Origin: Octopus bimaculoides | Taxonomy: Eukaryota | Direction: 5' to 3' | NCBI RefSeq assembly: GCF_001194135.2 | Contig: NC_069001.1 | Coordinates: forward strand, 4,334,726-4,377,783 | Length of the DNA: 43,058 nt | Shown: positions 38,688 through 43,058 of the stretch, one piece after another | Numbering within the stretch: the first letter of the stretch is position 1 | Layout of the letters: every line of letters starts with the position of its first letter | Notes under the pieces: model-generated | Seen by the model: the letters and a program-made list of their open reading frames with translations, nothing else | What the model was told of the DNA's origin: nothing | The model's database searches: none | Made by a program: the position numbers and the translations under genes

Positions 38688-39085
38688 ACGGCGAGCTGGC
38701 AGGATCGTTAGCAAGCCGGGCAAAATGTTTAGTAGCAGTTCAATTATCTTTACGTACTGAGTTCAAATTCGACAATGTCGACGTTGCTTTTTATTCTTTC
38801 GAGATCGATAAAACAAGTACAAGTTGAACATTGGGGTCGATGTAATCAACTAGGCCTCACCCCTGAAATTCCTGACCTTGTGCCAAGATTTGTCTCCCAC
38901 CATCGCCTGCCAACCGGTGCTGGTTTGTTTACGTCCCTGTAAGATAGCAGTTTGGTTTAAAAAAAAAAAAGAGACCGATAGAATAAGTACCAGCCTTAAA
39001 AAAATGCTGTGGTCGATTCATTCAACTAAAATTCTTTAAACTGTGCCCCAGTATGGTCGCAGTCTAATTTCTCAAACAAGTAAAA
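38688..39085 (+). mobile_element. tRNA-derived SINE, family B (ggcgagctggcag.atcgttagc...gagttcaaattc), with 3' module
   Basis: A-box-like and B-box-like head; homologous to 26292-26490, 28676-28745 and to the minus-strand copies. Confidence 0.8.
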
Positions 39086-39118
39086 GATTATATATATATA
39101 TAATGTAGTGGTACTTAC

Positions 39119-39243
39119 ACGCTTCCATAAAATAGTTTTTCGGTTCGTGTTGCTTGCTTTTAATTTGTGCTAACAAGTAATTAAAATCAGTGTAATTTCC
39201 TGCCATCAACAACATCCGTGCTCGTTGTGTTCCATTAAAATAT
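39119..39243 (-). CDS. TRPC-like channel exon, S3-S4 extracellular loop (R)YFNGTQRARMLLMAGNYTDFNYLLAQIKSKQHEPKNYFMEA; 5' edge uncertain, next to an N gap
   Basis: Open frame ending at donor T|gtaagt (phase 1). It joins the CT at the start of the next exon to give EA-S-RFHWKPNDPE. Possible acceptor tgtag| at 39244-39248, or the exon extends into the gap. Confidence 0.75.
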
Positions 39244-40274
39244 CTACANNNNNNNNNNNNNNNNNNNNNNNNNNNNNNNNNNNNNNNNNNNNNNNNNNNN
39301 NNNNNNNNNNNNNNNNNNNNNNNNNNNNNNNNNNNNNNNNNNNNNNNNNNNNNNNNNNNNNNNNNNNNNNNNNNNNNNNNNNNNNNNNNNNNNNNNNNNN
39401 NNNNNNNNNNNNNNNNNNNNNNNNNNNNNNNNNNNNNNNNNNNNNNNNNNNNNNNNNNNNNNNNNNNNNNNNNNNNNNNNNNNNNNNNNNNNNNNNNNNN
39501 NNNNNNNNNNNNNNNNNNNNNNNNNNNNNNNNNNNNNNNNNNNNNNNNNNNNNNNNNNNNNNNNNNNNNNNNNNNNNNNNNNNNNNNNNNNNNNNNNNNN
39601 NNNNNNNNNNNNNNNNNNNNNNNNNNNNNNNNNNNNNNNNNNNNNNNNNNNNNNNNNNNNNNNNNNNNNNNNNNNNNNNNNNNNNNNNNNNNNNNNNNNN
39701 NNNNNNNNNNNNNNNNNNNNNNNNNNNNNNNNNNNNNNNNNNNNNNNNNNNNNNNNNNNNNNNNNNNNNNNNNNNNNNNNNNNNNNNNNNNNNNNNNNNN
39801 NNNNNNNNNNNNNNNNNNNNNNNNNNNNNNNNNNNNNNNNNNNNNNNNNNNNNNNNNNNNNNNNNNNNNNNNNNNNNNNNNNNNNNNNNNNNNNNNNNNN
39901 NNNNNNNNNNNNNNNNNNNNNNNNNNNNNNNNNNNNNNNNNNNNNNNNNNNNNNNNNNNNNNNNNNNNNNNNNNNNNNNNNNNNNNNNNNNNNNNNNNNN
40001 NNNNNNNNNNNNNNNNNNNNNNNNNNNNNNNNNNNNNNNNNNNNNNNNNNNNNNNNNNNNNNNNNNNNNNNNNNNNNNNNNNNNNNNNNNNNNNNNNNNN
40101 NNNNNNNNNNNNNNNNNNNNNNNNNNNNNNNNNNNNNNNNNNNNNNNNNNNNNNNNNNNNNNNNNNNNNNNNNNNNNNNNNNNNNNNNNNNNNNNNNNNN
40201 NNNNNNNNNNNNNNNNNNNGTTTGATTAGACACGTGCTTTTGTACATGTAAACAAGTAATTAATGGTTGTGTGA

Positions 40275-40294
40275 CTAATTACCTACCTACCTAC

Positions 40295-40379
<85 letters not shown>

Positions 40380-40400
40380 CATCTATCTATCTATCTACCT
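40275..40400. repeat. (ACCT)n/(ATCT)n microsatellite
   Basis: Direct reading. Confidence 0.95.
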
Positions 40401-40857
40401 ACTTTTCTTCCATCCTTTTTTCCTCCCTACCTGTCTACATACCTATTTACATCTGTACCTACCTTCCTAGCCTCTTACCTACCATTTATCTTCCCACCTA
40501 CCCATAACCATATCTACAACTTTACGAGCCAACCTACCCACATTCCTACCTACGTATTCACCCCTTCGTACCTACCTACCTACCCACGTACGTATGCATG
40601 CATATGCGCATATGTATATGTGTGGATGTATGCGTGTGTATGTGAGTGTATATATGTGTGTACGAATCTGTGTGCTTATGCGTTATCATAATTATGACAA
40701 TGTGTAAGTAAAGAAAAACTGAAAAGAAATATCTATTATAAGTTTTTACTATTTCCTTTCCTTTCAATTTTCTTGTAAATAAGCAAAAAAAAAAAACTTT
40801 AAAAAACTAAAAAAAAAAATTCCTAAATGGTGTTGTTGTCGTTTTTCCTGTTATTAC

Positions 40858-40914
<57 letters not shown>

Positions 40915-41234
40915 ATGTTTTTTATCAAAATCTTTGCTCGTCTTTTACGTTTATCAAGATATTTTTTTTTGTCTTTCTCTTCAAATATCTTATGACTTAT
41001 CTGTCTATTTAATTAATCATCTCTTAGCTCAGACTAATTTAATTAATCTACATTAAAACTTATATTTTAGTTATTTATATGGTTCATTAAATATGGCGGC
41101 TATAGTTTCCTCCAGGCACAGCTCCGCAGTGAATAAACAATAAATAGTTGGCGCCACAAATCTTCGTATCTTCATGTAGTATCTGTGCAAGAGACGACGG
41201 AGAAACGAGTGCATAATAGTTTATACCTATACTT

Positions 41235-42904
41235 ACATCACACACACACACACACACACATACACACACACACACATACACACACAATATGTTTATATTT
41301 GTACCCCCCTTATTTATGTATATATATATATATGTATGTATGTCTATATATTTATGTATATGTGTATGTATGTATATATGTACGTACGTATATATATGTA
41401 TGTATATATGTATATGTATGTATATATACGTCGTATATGCATGTGTATGTGTATATATATGTTTGTTTGTATATATATATATATATGCGTGTGTGTGTAT
41501 GTATGTATATTTATATAAATATATATATATGTATACGTATGTATATATGATTATCTATGTATATGTGTACGTATGTATGTGCGTATACATGTATGTATGT
41601 ATATATATATATATATGTATATGTATGTATATATATATGTGTGTGTGTATATGTATATGTACGTTTATATGTATACCCTGTTTCAGGTATAAAAGAGTGG
41701 TGACATTGGTGGCAATGTTATATTCGTTGTTGTTGGCGATGATGATGACGATGATGATGCTGATGAAGATGATGGTGACGATGATGATGATGACGATGGT
41801 GTTAGAATTCATGGTCAAAGAAGGTATAACAGTGGTGGTGGTCGTGGTAGCTCTGGTGTTGATGATGGTTGTGGTTGTTTGTAATAATGGCGGTGGTAGT
41901 GGCGGTGATTGATGAGACTAAAATTGATCGTAATGGCATTGTTGGTGATGCGGTTGTGGTAGTGATTTCTCGTCCTACTGAAAATGATGGTAGGGCTGTG
42001 GAATTAGGGCAAGAGTGGAGGGGTGCATGTTATATACTTTAATGTTAGGTTTTAAGATGGTTTCTCTTTGGAGCCGGTAGAATGGTGCATGCTGTGCGCT
42101 GGTATGTGTGTGCGCGTGAGTATGTTAGTGTGTCCGTGTGTGTGGGTGTGTTAGTGTGCGTGTGCTGGTGTGTGTGTGTGTATGTGTGTGTGTGTGTGTG
42201 TGCGCGCGCACGCGCAGATGAGTACAGCGACACAGGAACGTTTGAACATTGTTTTTGTAACATGAACAGCAAGTAAAGTATATTTAGCACATCTGTAATG
42301 ATGATGATGATGAGGATGATGATGATGATGGCAACGAATATGATAACGATAGCGATGATGACGATGGCGTTGGTGATGATGCTGCTGATGACAACGATGA
42401 TGATGACGACGACGATGACGAAAACGACGATGGTAATAACGATCAGGTTAGACATCAAAAGGCCCAGCATCATTAATTATTTCCATCTTCAGGATCTTCA
42501 GCTGACTACGACGACGACTGCAATAACAACAACAACAACAACAACAACAACAACGACAACAAAAGACCTTAACCATCACCGGAAGATAACAGCAACACCA
42601 GCTCGGATGACTTTCTGATAAAACAACACATTAATGTATACAAAATTTTTTTTAAAAAATGGACGTTTATATGCATGTGCGTTTATATACATACATACAT
42701 ACATATATACATACATACATACATACATACATACATACATGTATGCAAGCATATATACATACCTGCGTACTAACGTACACATAAACATACGTATATATAC
42801 GAACATATAGACACAGGTACAGATACATCTCTCTATATAAATATATATGCATGTATATTTTCATATATTTTTCTCTCTCTCTCATATATATTATATATAT
42901 ATAT

Positions 42905-42940
<36 letters not shown>
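41235..42940. repeat. Mixed low-complexity tract of (CA)n, (TA/TATG)n, (GAT)n, (CAA)n and (CATA)n
   Basis: Direct reading. Confidence 0.9.
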
Positions 42941-42943
<3 letters not shown>

Positions 42944-43058
42944 AAGTCAGCTGGACGCACACAGTGAATGTATTAGATTGACGCTCAAGTGAAAGTTCTG
43001 GATGTCAAAATAGGAGTTTACAAGCCATAAAACAAAAAATAAGAAAAATGCATCATAT

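Noticed and set aside
41087-41175. Acceptor-like tctcttgcacag with short open frames
   Set aside because: No donor and no TRPC similarity.
42225-42295. DVLNILYLLFMLQ, a weak resemblance to TRPC S3
   Set aside because: Poor match, no convincing donor, and it lies within low-complexity sequence.

Overview
AT-rich, microsatellite-dense animal genomic DNA with about 15 assembly gaps. The SINE families look like those I recall from Octopus (coleoid cephalopod) genomes, though I ran no search. The main content is the 3' half of a minus-strand, multi-exon TRPC-type cation channel gene. I reconstructed nine coding exons with GT-AG sites and mutually compatible phases: S3-S4 loop (39119->=39243), S4/S4-S5 linker (36867-37051), S5 (35611-35729), pore helix (34230-34321), a 78-nt Cys-pair loop exon (32143-32220), TRP box (19916-20122), and three C-terminal exons (16286-16415, 16013-16162, 15170-15612) ending ...ESKV*. 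The S6 exon is not visible and is probably in a gap. The N-terminal exons lie in the 39.2-40.2 kb gap and/or beyond the window. The rest is SINEs, degraded LINE fragments, and mini- and microsatellites; nearly all ORFs in the supplied track are repeat or N-run artefacts. Most notable: (1) Ser (AGC) at the pore-filter position where TRPCs usually have Gly, one A-to-I edit from GGC; (2) an intact minimal type I hammerhead ribozyme on the sense strand of an intron, plus degenerate relatives; (3) a symmetric exon adding a TRPM-like Cys pair and a glycosylation sequon to the post-pore loop; (4) a 117-bp exact duplicate of the TRP-box exon acceptor across a gap.
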